Of a stretch of 64,000 nt of DNA, positions 26,836 through 40,580 are shown in pieces; the stretch's first letter is position 1, and every line of letters starts with the position of its first letter. The position numbers and the translations under genes are program-made. The DNA lies in assembly GCF_902652985.1 (NCBI RefSeq), contig NC_047022.1, forward strand, positions 9,114,001-9,178,000. Reading direction: 5' to 3'. Below the pieces are notes generated by a model. That model saw nothing but the letters and a program-made list of their open reading frames with translations. It was not told where the DNA came from and searched no databases. This DNA is from Pecten maximus (taxonomy: Eukaryota).

Positions 26836-29800
26836 ATGGCGTGGACATTGATGGCGACAGTGACTGTTTTCCTAGGCCTCGTCTCTGGAACTGTAGAAGG
26901 TAAGTCTGTAAATCATATATGTATCAGTAACGTACGGCCCAGTATGGTATGAATGTGATGGGGTTTTCAAGCTCGTTTTCATTATTAAACTAGTTATATT
27001 TCACATTTGATTCTGTGAAATTCCCCCAGTATAAAATATGCTTACGGTTTGAAGGTTTTTTTTTGATAATTTAGAAACAAAGCCGTATTCACAATAACAT
27101 TACAAGCCTTACTATATCAATATAGGGGTTAAATGTCAGTAGCAATATATATATAAGTTTTTTGTTTTGCTTTTGTTTGTTTGTTTGTTTGTTGTTTTTT
27201 TTACTTAGTATGTGTTTTGTAACAATAACATTTCATTTCGGTTTTCTCTGTACTTACGTCTTTGTAATTTTCAAGTGTGTAAATGATACATGATTTAATT
27301 CTTTTCTTATGAATTAAACCAGATAGTAGACAAAAGGATTAAAAAAAATATTGTGTTTTAAAATAAATAAGCACTATTAGCCTGACAATCAGATTACCGT
27401 ATGAATGTATTATTTATACCAGTGTTATAAAGGGAAAGGTAAGTATGTCCTTATACTCCGAGACGAAGGTTACAGATTAAGTAAAGGTATTCTTTAACAT
27501 TAAGGTAACACTAAGTTCATTCGTCGAATTATCTAATTCTGTATCACGGTCAAATGAATTATCCTCCTGAATGTTAGAGTAATGTTTCACAGTAAATATC
27601 TTCAAAATTAAATAATATTCATTGTCTCCAACGTTTCAGTCAATAGGATGTGAACATGAACTCATATTCCACTATTATGGCAGACTGAATTAATGAACGG
27701 ATTGATAAAATATTTCCCTGCCCTGAGGGTGTGACAGATAAATCGCCATCCCGAGGGGTAATATTCTTGGCCGAGTGGTGATATTCTTGGCCGAGTGGTG
27801 ATATTCTTGGCCGAGCGGTGATATTCTTGGCCGAGTGGTGATATTCTTGGCCGAGTGGTGATATTCTTGGCCGAGTGGTGATATTCTTGGCCGAGTGGTG
27901 ATATTCTTGGCCGAGTGGTGATATTCTTGGCCGAGCGGTAATATTCTTGGCCGAGCGGTGATATTCTTGGCCGAGCGGTAATATTCTTGGCCGAGTGGTG
28001 ATATTCTTGGCCGAGCGGTGATATTCTTGGCCGAGCGGTAATATTCTTGGCCGAGTGGTGATATTCTTGGCCGAGCGGTAATATTCTTGGCCGAGCGGTA
28101 ATATTCTTGGCCGAGTGGTGATATTCTTGGCCGAGCGGTGATATTCTTGGCCGAGCGGTAATATTCTTGGCCGAGTGGTGATATTCTTGGCCGAGTGGTG
28201 ATATTCTTGGCCGAGTGGTGATATTCTTGGCCGAGCGGTAATATTCTTGGCCGAGCGGTGATATTCTTGGCCGAGCGGTAATATTCTTGGCCGAGTGGTG
28301 ATATTCTTGGCCGAGCGGTGATATTCTTGGCCGAGCGGTAATATTCTTGGCCGAGTGGTGATATTCTTGGCCGAGCGGTGATATTCTTGGCCGAGCGGTA
28401 ATATTCTTGACTGAGCGGTGATAGTCTCTGCCGAGCGGTGATATTCTTGACACGAGGGGTAATATTCTTGGCCGAGCGGTGATATTCTTGACACGAGGGG
28501 TAATATTCTTTGCCGAGCGGTGATATTCTTGGCCGAGCGGGGATATTCTTGGCCGAGCGGTAATATTCTTGGTCGAGGTGGGGTATTCTTTGCCGAGCGG
28601 TGATATTCTTGACCTAGCGGTGATATTCTTGACACGAGGGGCGATATTCGAGGCTTTGCCGAAAACACATCCCAATGGTGGGATATATCTATGTCACGTC
28701 CTCAAAAACCGTAACCCCATATTACACTGTACATTTATTTTCATAATTTACGCAATTGTGAACGATGAGAGAAAATAACATAAATGAATGAACGACGTAA
28801 AAACCGTTAATGAATGAAATGAGTGAATGAAAATAAAAAAGGAATAAATTTGGATAATCGATGAATTGAATCAAATGAGGATCGAATATGAAATGAATTC
28901 AGGTCATAAGTAGGTGCGCAGACCCCAAAACTAACATTTTTACAATGTGACTATTGCAAAGCACAAATACACATATTCTATGTCATAGAATGTGGTTTTG
29001 CTATACCCCTCATCGAAACTGAAAATAGCAAGATGCGTGTGTAGATTTATTGGCCTGGAATATTTTAAGGATATGTAAGATATATCCCTTGATGCCGTTA
29101 ACCAACTGATCAATTATTGGATTCTTTCACTTTTAAAGTATTTAGATTAATGCAAAAGATAATTGCTTCTTTATAATTGCAGGCCAAAGAATCGGAAATG
29201 GAAACGAAACGAAAGTCACACATCACGTGACGTCCAAGAATTTTCCACAGCCTTATCCCCGGAACTCCCATCAGCAATGGAACTTCAGTATGGAACACGG
29301 TCAGTGGAAAGTCATTTTCAGGACAGTGGACATCGAAAAGTCACGTCGCTGTCAAAAGGACTATCTTCACATTTACGACGGAGAAAACTCAAAACAGTGA
29401 GTCGTATTCAAGCGTATCGAAATAAAATATTTAGAAAGATTGTACAAAATACATGTGATGTATAGACATCCTTCAAAACACATACTGTAAACGTGGTTAT
29501 TTTCACGGGGTTAATTTCGCGATTTCGATATTTAAAATATACGCGTTGGGGGTAATTTTCGCGATCGATCCACCTTCGTTTGTAGTTCGAGATTATGCAA
29601 ATTGATATCAACATAATATGTGTGAGAGAAATTTTCGCGATCAAAAGGACTCCGGGTAATTAGCGTAAATTCCTCCCTCGCGTAAATTTCCACGTTTACA
29701 GTACGATACAATTCGATAATTTCATATTTTTGAGATATTTCTTTTCAAAAGAACGTTCAATACACGTGCAAATTTTAAAAGGTGCCAGAAGTATTTTTGA

Positions 29801-32800
29801 TAAGAAAAAATATTGTAGACAAGTCGACCATAAAAAGGTTGTTGTTAATTTTATATAAACATACAATTCATACACGTGCTATAAACAATGCGTTTTGATT
29901 GGCTGATGTTATAACTTTTGACAGGGAATACTTTTTAATCACGTGATTCATAATGTTTTAATGACCGTCATATATATGACGACCGTTCTACGTGATTGCG
30001 GAAATCATAACGCACAAAAAGTAGTTTGCACTTAGTTTTGTGAAAATTGTTTTTGATATAGATTTCTGCCAATTTGATCCTTTCAGGATAATATTTGTCA
30101 GTTACTTATTTGATTTGCAATAATTTAGAATATTTTCACAAATTGTCAGTCTCGCATATTAAATAGCGAACTTTTACGCCCGAAAAAAAAACAAAAAAAC
30201 ACAGGGCACAAGTCGTCCTCGGAATTGTTTTGCTATTGTGGTAGAAACAAGTCAAGCAAACTAGTGTTTTCTGTATCTGACATTTCTTTCACTCTCGTTA
30301 TTTTTTTAAAGGTTCAGAAAAACACGCTGAAGCTCGTGCTTTTATCCCCCTGCCCCACAAAGTTGACGGGGAACATACTTATCGGCTCCGTCCGTCCGAA
30401 TTCGCATTCCGGAACATATCTTTTCAAGGAATGATACGATTTTGATGAAACTAACTTGGTAAACTTATTACCTAAATCCCTTGCTCACGTTCGATTAACG
30501 GCATATTTCGCGCATATTTAATGAGGCTGCTGTTATCTGGTTGACTGATTGCTTTCCGCACGATGTAATGATTCTTAATGCTATGTAATGTGTTTCATGG
30601 TCTTTTTTCTTCTGAAATGTTAACATTAACAAAATCAAGAACTATTTTAAAAGCTGCTGATCTCCATCACAAGATTTAAGATTTTTACACAAACTCCAAA
30701 TGGTATCACAGACTTTCATTTTCATATACCGTAATATGGCCTCAATATATTTGGCGAGTGTGATGATTTTAACTTCCTGTAATCAATTCATCCTTAGAGC
30801 ATTCATGTCTGACCCAAATTCCCGGGGCCGCGGTGGTTAAGTTGTACCGACACTTTATCACTAGCCCTCCACCACTGGGTTGCGAGTTCGAAACCTACGT
30901 GGGGCAGTTGCCAGGTACTGACCGTAGGCCGGTGGTTTTTCTCCGGGTACTCCGGCTTTCCTCCACCTCCAAAACCTGGCACGTCCTTAAATGACCCTGG
31001 CTGTTAATAGGACGTTAAACAAAAACAAACAAACAAACAAACCTACATTCCCAGTTATATATTTCCTCATTAGTAATTTCTATTTGACCCAACTATACTA
31101 TTTATTTGACATAGTTAATATAATGTTCACGGGATTTTGAATCATAACACAAGTTCTATAATGGATGTTTGATAGCCGAACAATAAGCAATCTTTTGGCA
31201 AATACAGTATATGAGACCATCTTCTGTAATTAACAAATATACTTAGATCTTCTCTTATTTGTAGCCGAAATTGTTGATGTACAATGTTTTCCAACTGTTT
31301 TGAAATGTAACTGATGCAGCAAATGCATTTATTTTAAAAATGACTATCAAATCTCGCTATCTAGATGGATATAAATCTTTTTCCCATTTATATATAATTT
31401 TCACCTGAAATAACGAAGCTAATAACCTTGTGTATGAGGGCTATCAAGCCATCGAAGGAAGCTAAAGTGAAAGACATTGCACATGATACATTGTAGTTCT
31501 CCATTAATCAGGACCATCGAACTGTCATATTGTGATAAATCGATGGTGACCTACTTCTTACGACTTGGCAGGGGGCACTTTGAGTACCACATGCGGGACA
31601 ATTACCGATTGTCATTCAGAACTATTCTGCTTTCGTTCTATTAGGTTTCATTTTCCTACTAGTTTCCATTTTTATAGGAATACTCGTTGATTACCAACAC
31701 AAAGACAGTTCAAACTGCTCTTAACACAACTCCTGAACAATACAATGTCAATAGATAATCTATGTAAACTTTATTTATTTTACAACAATTGCGAAACAAG
31801 TTATATTAACTTATATTAATCACACTTGTTGGCCCGGATTAAAGCGCGCGAGGGATCTTTCTGTGGGAGAAAACCGGAGTACCCGGGGAAAACCCACGTG
31901 GTCGGGCAGGCGAACCCAAACCTTTTCACGTCCGATCGGGGAATCGAACCCCGGCCGCCTAGGTGAGAAGCAAGTGTGTTACCACTGTGCCACCCGACCA
32001 CCCAAGATAATCTAGCCGTACATATACTGTATAGAGGTTTCACAACGAGTGGTTGCTGGATATAGAAAATTCATTTCACTCGAGTAAATTATTATTTAAA
32101 AAGTTACAAAAGACACGAGCTTTTTGCAAGCTCGTGACTTTTGTAACTTAAAAAAACCATACGCGAAATAAGACTTGGCCACGTTTCCCTTTGATTCAAG
32201 CCGATATTATTGTAGTAGAAACAAGTCACTTGACTCGTGATTTTTAGATATAGAATGTATTTACACTCGCTAAAGCTCGTGTCTTTAAAAAATAACTTAT
32301 TCAAGTAAAACTAATTCCATATCCAACAACCACTCGTTGTATAACCTCTATTTGCACTCTTCCAGTACATGTATATACTATTGTTCTAATCGTTCCTATT
32401 GTATAGCGTATCCTGTTGTTATATGTATGAATATATGTGTACTTCCCTATTGTGTATCATATCTATCGTATATCTAAAACAAATTGCAATTATTATTGTG
32501 TTTCCTCTTTGATCAGAAATGTCACTTCGTCTGTAGTGAATCATCCAATTGTCAGTTAGTGCAATAGATAACGCACGCGCTGGTTGTCATTTTGAAGGCC
32601 GGGGATGGGATTTGTCCCCACGATTTGAAATATGTCATAGTGGAGATGTCGCTGAATCAGAACCGGGTCATGTTTACAATCAAGTTAAACTTGTCCTCTT
32701 AATGGGATATCAACGGTGATATTAGTACGTTGTATGCCCTATTTTTTCACAGACCTTTTTATCTAGTTGTCAGTTTCTTAGTTTATGACATCACCGAAAC

Positions 32801-34888
32801 ATCGTTAAATATACACGAAAGCTTTATGACGTTATGTGATTGTTTCGTCATGCTACTAGTATATTAACCCCTTGACAAAATGCTAAGAGAAGTTGCCACC
32901 AAACGCCTTTAACACCTAGTACCTCAGGTTATAACACCCAGTTGGTGTAGGAATAAAAAAAATGGCGCCCGACCGCATCACTTTCCGCGAATATGACGTC
33001 ACGCGATTTTGCAATTCACAGGGAAATAGTTCTGCTATAGATTATCAATTTTAAAATGTTGTTTGTTTATGATTAACGTCAAATACACGGAAATTAAACG
33101 TTGAAAGAAATTAAAAGTGTTGGTTATTATCGTCATCTCCGCAGATTTTCTCCCGCTGAATGTTCAGTTATGTGAAAATTAAAAAAGGCGGTGTTTTTTG
33201 GTTGTTCAACTTAAAAAAATGAGAAAAAAAGTAAGGCAATTTAAATATAAGTATCAAACAGTAGCTTTAATGTTGTTATAGTCGATATGGCAGCAAGACA
33301 TATTTTGGGCAAATGAAGCCTGGAAACCCTATTTTTTAATGTTTTTTGACGTAGGCCGTTGTTTTTGGTAAACCTTAAAATATACCTTATCAAAGAACCA
33401 GAATTTATTTCATGTTGCAGCCCTGAGAAAATATTATGTGACAAACTTGAAAATATGGCAGACTATGAGACGACACATTCTTCCATTCGGATCGTTTTCC
33501 ATTCTGACGGAGCTGGCCAAGCCCAAGGATTCGACATGCAAGTTGTTCACATTCCAAATGAAGGTAAACAATTTTAGTTTATGATCTTGGATTCAAAACT
33601 ACATGTAATAATTATACATACTATATGATCAGATCATGATCACAAATACTATGGATCATATGACGGTTTCTACGTATTATGTCTATAGCATGTGCTCACT
33701 TTGTTACAAAATGTTTTTTGGGTTAAATCGAAAATGTCATTGGAATTCTTCATATAGTTCAGGAATCATTCTCATACGGCTATTCAAATAAAGAAATAGC
33801 ATTTTACCATTTGGAGTGGGACGACTGGTTCGCCCGTTGTCAGTATAATGTGACCGGGTGGGGTGTGATGCTGGGTGTCTTCGGCAGTATGCTTCACTGA
33901 GGTAGCACTTTAAATCGGCAAAAGTTCCGGCCTATCACAAGCAGACTTAACACGAACATAACGCAGCCTCCCAAAACACACATACGCACTCACCACACGC
34001 ATGCATGTCGCACGTAGGGAGGCCGTCCTTAAATGACCTTAGCTGTTAATAGGACGTTAAACAAAATAAACCAAACCAAAGCTTTTCTCATTGAATGTAA
34101 TAGCCATGTTTAATTATTACATGAGAACATTGGTATGATGTATTGTGATTTTAGATTACTTCACTCAACTTTTGCTGAAGAGACATGCCCAAGGTAAGGG
34201 AGACAACTCAATCAAGTGAAAAAGGTGAAGCTGCAATGTTTGAAAAAAAAAAAAAAAATGTGTAAGATAATAAATACTGCATGTGGTGACATTAAAGTTG
34301 TAATTTAAATTCGATGTTAATTTCATGTTTCCACGTAAATAAAAGAACTGAGATAGGCTGATCTTTCTTTCATTCATAAGTGAAACAATACAAAAAGTGC
34401 AACCTTCCGTCAGATATGAATTCATGATATTTCTATTTTTTATTTAGTATATTTTGGTCTATCATGACAGAATCAGTACTAAGACAAAACAAAACAACAA
34501 AAAACCCCAACCATTTCGATAAAACAATTATTTTTATTGTATTTGTCTTACCCGGTAACAAAATTGAAATTATTTCGTTCTAATTTCAGCTGCCAAGATA
34601 TCGTTCGTTCAAGTACATTCAAGAAATCCCCCAGTCCTGCACGTTCCTCTGACGGTTACATTAGCGATCTTGTTTTTAGTCCTGGTCGCCTTGGCCGTGT
34701 ATTTCGTCATTAGCCTTAGGCGGAAAACGAGTCAAGCACATGACACAATTTCGGCTATCAAACCACACCGACCTTCGACGACTTCAAGCATTAATTCCGG
34801 TCGGCGATACACGCGCCAACTTAGTGCGGACAGTGACAACTTATCCCATTTCATACCGGCGCCCAACAAACAGGAAGTTCGCAATTAA
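26836..34888 (+). CDS. Single-CUB-domain type I membrane protein; exons 26836-26899, 29183-29396, 33421-33563, 34155-34193, 34590-34888; ~252 aa
   Basis: Signal peptide MAWTLMATVTVFLGLVSG. CUB motifs VTSKNFPQPYPRNSHQQW, FRTVDIEKSRRCQKDYLHIYDG and LCD...IRIVFHSDGAGQAQGF. TM segment LTVTLAILFLVLVALAVYFVISL followed by RRK. All four introns are GT-AG with matching phases (1,2,1,1); total 759 nt. Confidence 0.87.
27757..28650. repeat. 20-bp minisatellite (atattcttggccgagyggtr) in intron 1 of the CUB gene
   Basis: About 44 units, in exact register at 27781-28400, degenerating to 20/21-bp variants at the right end. Confidence 0.97.
29483..29703. mobile_element. MITE with tactgtaaacgtg...cacgtttacagta terminal inverted repeats
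   Basis: TIRs end in TA (Tc1/mariner-like). A related copy lies at 48655-48876. Confidence 0.75.
30823..31041 (+). mobile_element. tRNA-derived SINE with V-domain-like core
   Basis: tRNA head (gcggtggttaag...gagttcgaaacc), core ggtggtttttctccgggtactccggctttcctccacc, tail cgtccttaaatgaccctggctgttaataggacgttaaac followed by (AAAC)n. Confidence 0.85.
31820..32003 (-). mobile_element. tRNA-derived V-type SINE (second family)
   Basis: Minus strand: tggcacagtggtaacaca...ggttcgattccc tRNA head, then gggttttccccgggtactccggttttctcccac core. Confidence 0.75.
32031..32351. mobile_element. Foldback/MITE-like element with ~37-bp TIRs
   Basis: atagaggtttcacaacgagtggttgctggatatag ... catatccaacaaccactcgttgtataacctctat, with nested internal inverted motifs. 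Confidence 0.7.
33808..34080 (+). mobile_element. 5'-truncated Meta-type SINE
   Basis: Matches the 3' half of 43515-44046; ends ...gtccttaaatgaccttagctgttaataggacgttaaacaaaataaacc(aaacc)n. Confidence 0.8.
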
Positions 34889-35440
34889 TATCACCTTAAC
34901 ATTAAATTGATATTGTTTGATTTGACTTAGCGAGGAATCGATTGTGATTAAATCAAGGTTGAAATGTCAAGAGTGGTTTGAAATGACGTCATTTTCAAAC
35001 TTTGAGGTGTGTGTAATTCGATAAACCATGTATGTGCGTTACCAAGGCAACAGCAGCATTTATTGATTTATACGAAACTATCACTGCGTTGTCTGTTCAG
35101 TGGTATTTACAATGTAGCTATATAATGTATTCATAACGCTACTAGTTTTTAGGTAAAAAGTAAATGTATCTATAAACAATTCGGATGTTTCCTAAATGGA
35201 TAAGATGAAAAATATAGTACCTGGATTTTGCTACACCGTAGTTCAGATATGTATAAACCGGAAACAGAGTTTGTTTCCGGTTTTTGAGGAGGAAGGACAA
35301 TTATTCCTTGAAACGGATATAGATTTATTCACTACTTGTGACCAATCATTAGGCCTTTTCTATAATCAGGGATTGGCATAGATAGTCATCCCACCAAAAC
35401 ATCAATCTGACCATGCGGTGGCAAACCATGATTTTTGTTT

Positions 35441-35635
35441 TTCAGTGAGGTAGCACTATAAATCGGCAAAAGTTCCGGTCTATCACAAGGAGACTTAACA
35501 CGAACATACCGCAGCCTCCCAAAACACACATACGCACTCGCCACACGCATGCATGTCGCACCCACGGGAGGCCGTCCTTAAATGACCTTAGCTGTTAATA
35601 GGACGTTAAACAAAATAAACCAAACCAAACCAAAC
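35441..35635 (+). mobile_element. 5'-truncated Meta-type SINE
   Basis: Same 3' segment and tail as 33808-34080 and 43515-44046. Confidence 0.8.
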
Positions 35636-36358
35636 ATCTCGGAAAATAAGCCATGTCTTTCTACAGGGAAAACTATCTCCAAATTAAGACCGATATCTGC
35701 TAGTTTTTATAAAATCGTAGTCTTGGGGGAAACTGCGACATTCATCATATTTATACATATGATGATACATTATACAATGTATGATAAGTGATGTTTGATC
35801 TTTTATAAGCAGCGTTCGGGAAATAAGCAAGGAATCCTTACTTAAGGATAATAAACGGTGGCTTATTTTCATGGCTCGATGATATCTTATAGAATACTAA
35901 CGTATTTGGTATTAGAATTGTTAAAAGTTATTTATGCTAGCGATGCACACCGTTTTATATTTATGTACCTTCAAATAATACTTGAAATTTAGTGTGAGAG
36001 TGCTCTCCCTTTTAACAATGCCTATATATATCTCATAAGGTACAATAGATCAAGATCATTACTACATCAACGTGTGCTTTAATTTCCATCTACATACGTC
36101 ATCAATTCTTGTGTGTCACGTGCATCGAAGATACTAAAATAAAATTTGTCATCAGTTATTATGCACATTTATTTTTGTTACTTCATTCGAGCCTACATTA
36201 CAAAATTACTATGGTAGGATTATGGAAAGAGCTGCATGAAAAGGCAAGACACATGAAGCAATTTTTCAATAAGGTCTAATTCTTCATCCATTGTGCTTTG
36301 TTTTGTTGTTGTGGTATTAAATTGTTGAAAACATTTTAGATTGAAACTGTCCTATTTT

Positions 36359-36740
36359 GAGTACTTAAGGCGGTGGGATCTTTATCAGAATCTGTATACA
36401 CCTCGATAATGATGTAGGGAACATGGAAATTTGTTCAATCCGGTAACCATTTCATTGGTGGACAAAGAACCATGTGTCCACGGTAGCAATGTAACATTCT
36501 TACGGATTGGTGTCGGGTAAAAAGGCGGTTCTGTTATCATTTCTAGAGTACTTAGGACGATCGGATCAGGTCAGAATTCGTGTGCATGTCGAGGCGGATA
36601 GGGTGAACACAGAAATTTGCTCATTACATTAACCATTTTAATGGTGGACAAGAAAACATTTGTCCGCGGCAGCATTGTTACATTCTTAGGAATGGTGCCT
36701 AGGTAAAAGGCGGTTCTGTCATTATTTCTAGAGTACTTGC
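36359..36740. repeat. Diverged ~186-bp tandem duplication
   Basis: gagtactt recurs near 36359, 36546 and 36732; shared blocks taaccattt..tggtggacaa and aaaggcggttctgt..tttctagagtactt. Confidence 0.75.
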
Positions 36741-38664
36741 CCACTATTAGAATGGTTATTGGTCAGTCAAAATGCATTTCTTGAGTTTGGATACAGTCTT
36801 CTGTGCCTCTACAACAGGACAGGGAGGTTTCAAGAATAGATTAATATGTTGTAAGAAACAAAATTAAGTGGCAATCGATACGTTTACTTTGATATAAGAT
36901 TGCTGATGGGTCTTTATCATGGAATATATAATAAGATGGCAAATGTATTTTGTTGAATAAAAGGAATCATTGCTAATTAGAGGTTGCTTATAACTCGTTT
37001 GCATGTCATTATAAACATGTTTATATATATCATACATACATTGACTTAAAACTGATTTAGAAAACGTGTAAAATTTAAGTTTTGTTGGGATTTGCTTTAG
37101 TCGATTTCATGGGATGATTAATTAAGTTGCTCTTAAGACAAATTAAATGAACTGTGAAGGAAATATATTGAAGTGTGGCCCAAACATATAGTAATCGGAT
37201 ATCCAATATCAGTACAACGAAGAAATACGTCTTTTATTATTGTGGCGATGTTTGGTTTCTGCCAGGTTCTGTGGCTAAATCAGAACTGACAAATATAGTA
37301 ACATATCGAGAGAATTAAGAACAACTCATGAAGACGACAAATATGACGTCATTGTATCAATTGGGAAGTTGAAGAAAAGGCACAAAGTGAAATTGTAGGT
37401 GTAAGTGAAGGAAAAGATAAAAAAAAACCCTCAACTTTGATAGTCTAAAATTGAACGAAGGAATGCCCCTTTAAGAATCTAAAAGCAATAACAGATGCAG
37501 AGATAGGAATTTCCAATAACATCGTCCAAATTATCTCAAGATCGGGTGTATGAGAAATCTTTCTGCTAAACTGAGTTACATATTGATAAACAAAATAAAA
37601 AAAAAAAGAAATATATTAAATGAAATAATAATTAAATTCCGTGTTGATATCGAAAGCCAAATATTAACAATTCTATCTATCTCGGTTTTCCTGAAATGTC
37701 CGCGTAGATACAAGTTTCATAATGTAAATTTGTCACAGAGCCAAAACTATCAAGAAAAAGAGTGCATGTATTTAGGTGAGTAACGGTCCCTTACATGTTA
37801 TCATTATATGTAACGGAAGTGGTCTAGTGGTATGGACACGTGGCCGAGTTCCGGCACGGGTTCGTGCGTGTTGTATCCTTGAACAATATGATTTATTCAG
37901 TTTCGGTCCAGAAGACTCAACTGTGAATAAGAACGCCGTAAGGAAGTGCACGAAATGTCGCGTGAAAGCTCCGACGGTATCCTCCCCATGGAGTTAATAA
38001 AGACATCGGCCCCTTATTATAAGCGCCAAATAACCAAGAATAATAATTTGTGAATCGCTTTGAGACGGCTATGTTGCTGTGGTATATAAAATTTCAAATG
38101 ATTGATTATTGATTATCTTAATCGATACGAGATTAAAGTAAGTTGGAATTAAGATAATAGAATTCTACTAAGAGCGGACGGAGACACCAAACTTAGCTTC
38201 TAGACCAGACAAAGTATGAATCTAAGCACTTGTCTAACACCGACGTAACAAGCCGTACGAAGTAAACCATACAGTCTGACAATCTAATTAGAATCAGACT
38301 TGTAACTTCCCCTCCTCTACGATACTCTACGATGAAAAATGTATCATAGAGGAGCGGAAATCACACGTCTTATTTTAATTAGAGTGTACATTCTGATCAA
38401 ACAATGCTAGATTGTCACACACACATCATATACAAAATACATTGGGCTAATAGAAAACTCTTATAATGAAAGTAATCGGGTTGATCAAGATATTAAACCA
38501 AGGGATGGGACCCGATCAAATTGACCCAGTTACGCTAATTGAACTAGGTCAATAACCTGCTCCAGGTATGATTTTATAGCCAGATTTGATCAAATATGTT
38601 CAGAAACGTCAACATAATTGAATTTCAGGAAAAAGAAGGACCAATATGTTTGTATACCAGTGTT

Positions 38665-40330
38665 GGTCTTAGTCAGTAATAACGTATTGACTATACATAA
38701 TACGGTCAGTTTAGTCAGTGATAATGTATTGACTATACATATTACGGTCAGTTTAGTCAGTAATAACGTATATTGACTATACATATTACGGTCAGTTTAG
38801 TCAGTGATAATGTATTGACTATACATATTACGGTCAGTTTAGTCAGTGATAATGTATTGACTATACATATTACGGTCAGTTTAGTCAGTGATAACGTATT
38901 GACTATACATATTACGGTCAGTTTAGTCAGTAATAACGTATTGACTATACATATTACGGTCAGTTTAGTCCGTAATAACGTATATTGACTATACATATTA
39001 CGGTCAGTTTAGTCAGTGATAACGTATTGACTATACATATCACCCTATCGTCATGACTTCATATTACGGCGAGTTTAGTCAGTGATAATGTATTGACTAT
39101 ACATATTACGGTCAGTTTAGTCAGTGATAACGTATTGACTATACATATCACCCTATCGTCATGACTTCATATTACGGCGAGTTTAGTCAGTGATAACGTA
39201 TTGACTATACATATTACGGTCAGTTTAGTCAGTAATAACGTATTGACTATACATATTACGGTCAGTTTAGTCAGTGATAACGTATATTGACTATACATAT
39301 TACGGTCAGTTTAGTCAGTAATATCGTATTGACTATACATATTTCCCCATAGTCATGACGTCATAATACGGTCAGTTTAGTCAGTAATAACGTATTGACT
39401 ATGCATATTACGGTCAGTTTAGTCAGTAATAATGTATTGACTATACATATTACGGTCAGTTTAGTCAGTGATAACGTATTGACTATACATATCACCCTAT
39501 CGTCATGACGTCATAATACGGCCAGTTTAGTCAGTGATAACGTATTGACTATACATATTACGGTCAGTTTAGTCAGTAATAACGTATATTGACTATACAT
39601 ATTACGGTCAGTTTAGTCAGTAATAACGTATTGACTATACATATTACGGTCAGTTTAGTCAGTGATAATGTATTGACTATACATATTACGGTCAGTTTAG
39701 TCAGTGATAACGTATTGACTATACATATTACGGTCAGTTTAGTCAGTAATAACGTATTGACTATACATATTACGGTCAGTTTAGTCAGTAATAACGTATA
39801 TTGACTATACATATTACGGTCAGTTTAGTCAGTGATAACGTATATTGACTATACATATCACCCTATCGTCATGACTTTATATTACGGCGAGTTTAGTCAG
39901 TGATAATGTATTGACTATACATATTACGGTCAGTTTAGTCAGTAATATCGTATTGACTATACATATTTCCCCATAGTCATGACGTCATAATACGGTCAGT
40001 TTAGTCAGTGATAACATATTGACTATACGTATTACGGTCAGTTTAGTCAGTGATAACGTATTGACTATACATATTACGGTCAGTTTAGTCAGTGATAACG
40101 TATTGACTATACATATCACCCTATCGTCATGACTTCATATTACGGCGAGTTTAGTCAGTGATAACATATTGACTATACATATTACGGTCAGTTTAGTCAG
40201 TGATAACGTATTGACTATACATATCACCCTATCGTCATGACTTCATATTACGGTCAGTTTAGTCAGTAATAACGTATTGACTATACATATCTTCCTATAG
40301 TCACGACTTCATATTACGGTCAGTTTAGTC
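38665..40330. repeat. 42-bp minisatellite with 44-bp and ~66-bp variant units
   Basis: Unit gtcagtttagtcagtgataacgtattgactatacatattacg. Some units carry an extra TA or the insert caccctatcgtcatgacttcatat. Confidence 0.95.
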
Positions 40331-40377
40331 ATCATTACTACTTCCCTGTATGTTAGTTTAAATTACTAGTCACCTGT

Positions 40378-40580
40378 GACCGCGGTGGCCGAATGGTTAA
40401 GGTGTCTCGACACTTTATCACTCCACCTCAGGGTTTCGAGTTCGAAACCTACGTGGGGCAGTTGCTTGGTACTTGGTGGTTTTTCTCCGGGTACTCCGGC
40501 TTTCCTACACCTCCAAAACCAGGTACGTCCTTAAAATGACCCTGGCTGTTAATAGGACGTTAAACAAAACAAAACAAAAC
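40378..40580 (+). mobile_element. V-type tRNA SINE, same family as 30823-31041
   Basis: gcggtggccgaatggttaag head, ttctccgggtactccggctttcc core and the same tail. Confidence 0.82.

Noticed and set aside
27647-27693. Possible extra CUB-gene exon after the AG sites at ~27639-27646
   Set aside because: Both candidate acceptors reach an in-frame stop quickly, and exon 1 joins 29183 cleanly.
27640-28675. 342/337-aa ORFs and a CRISPR-like appearance
   Set aside because: A 20-bp minisatellite with no unique spacers, in a eukaryotic intron, and no cas genes in the window.
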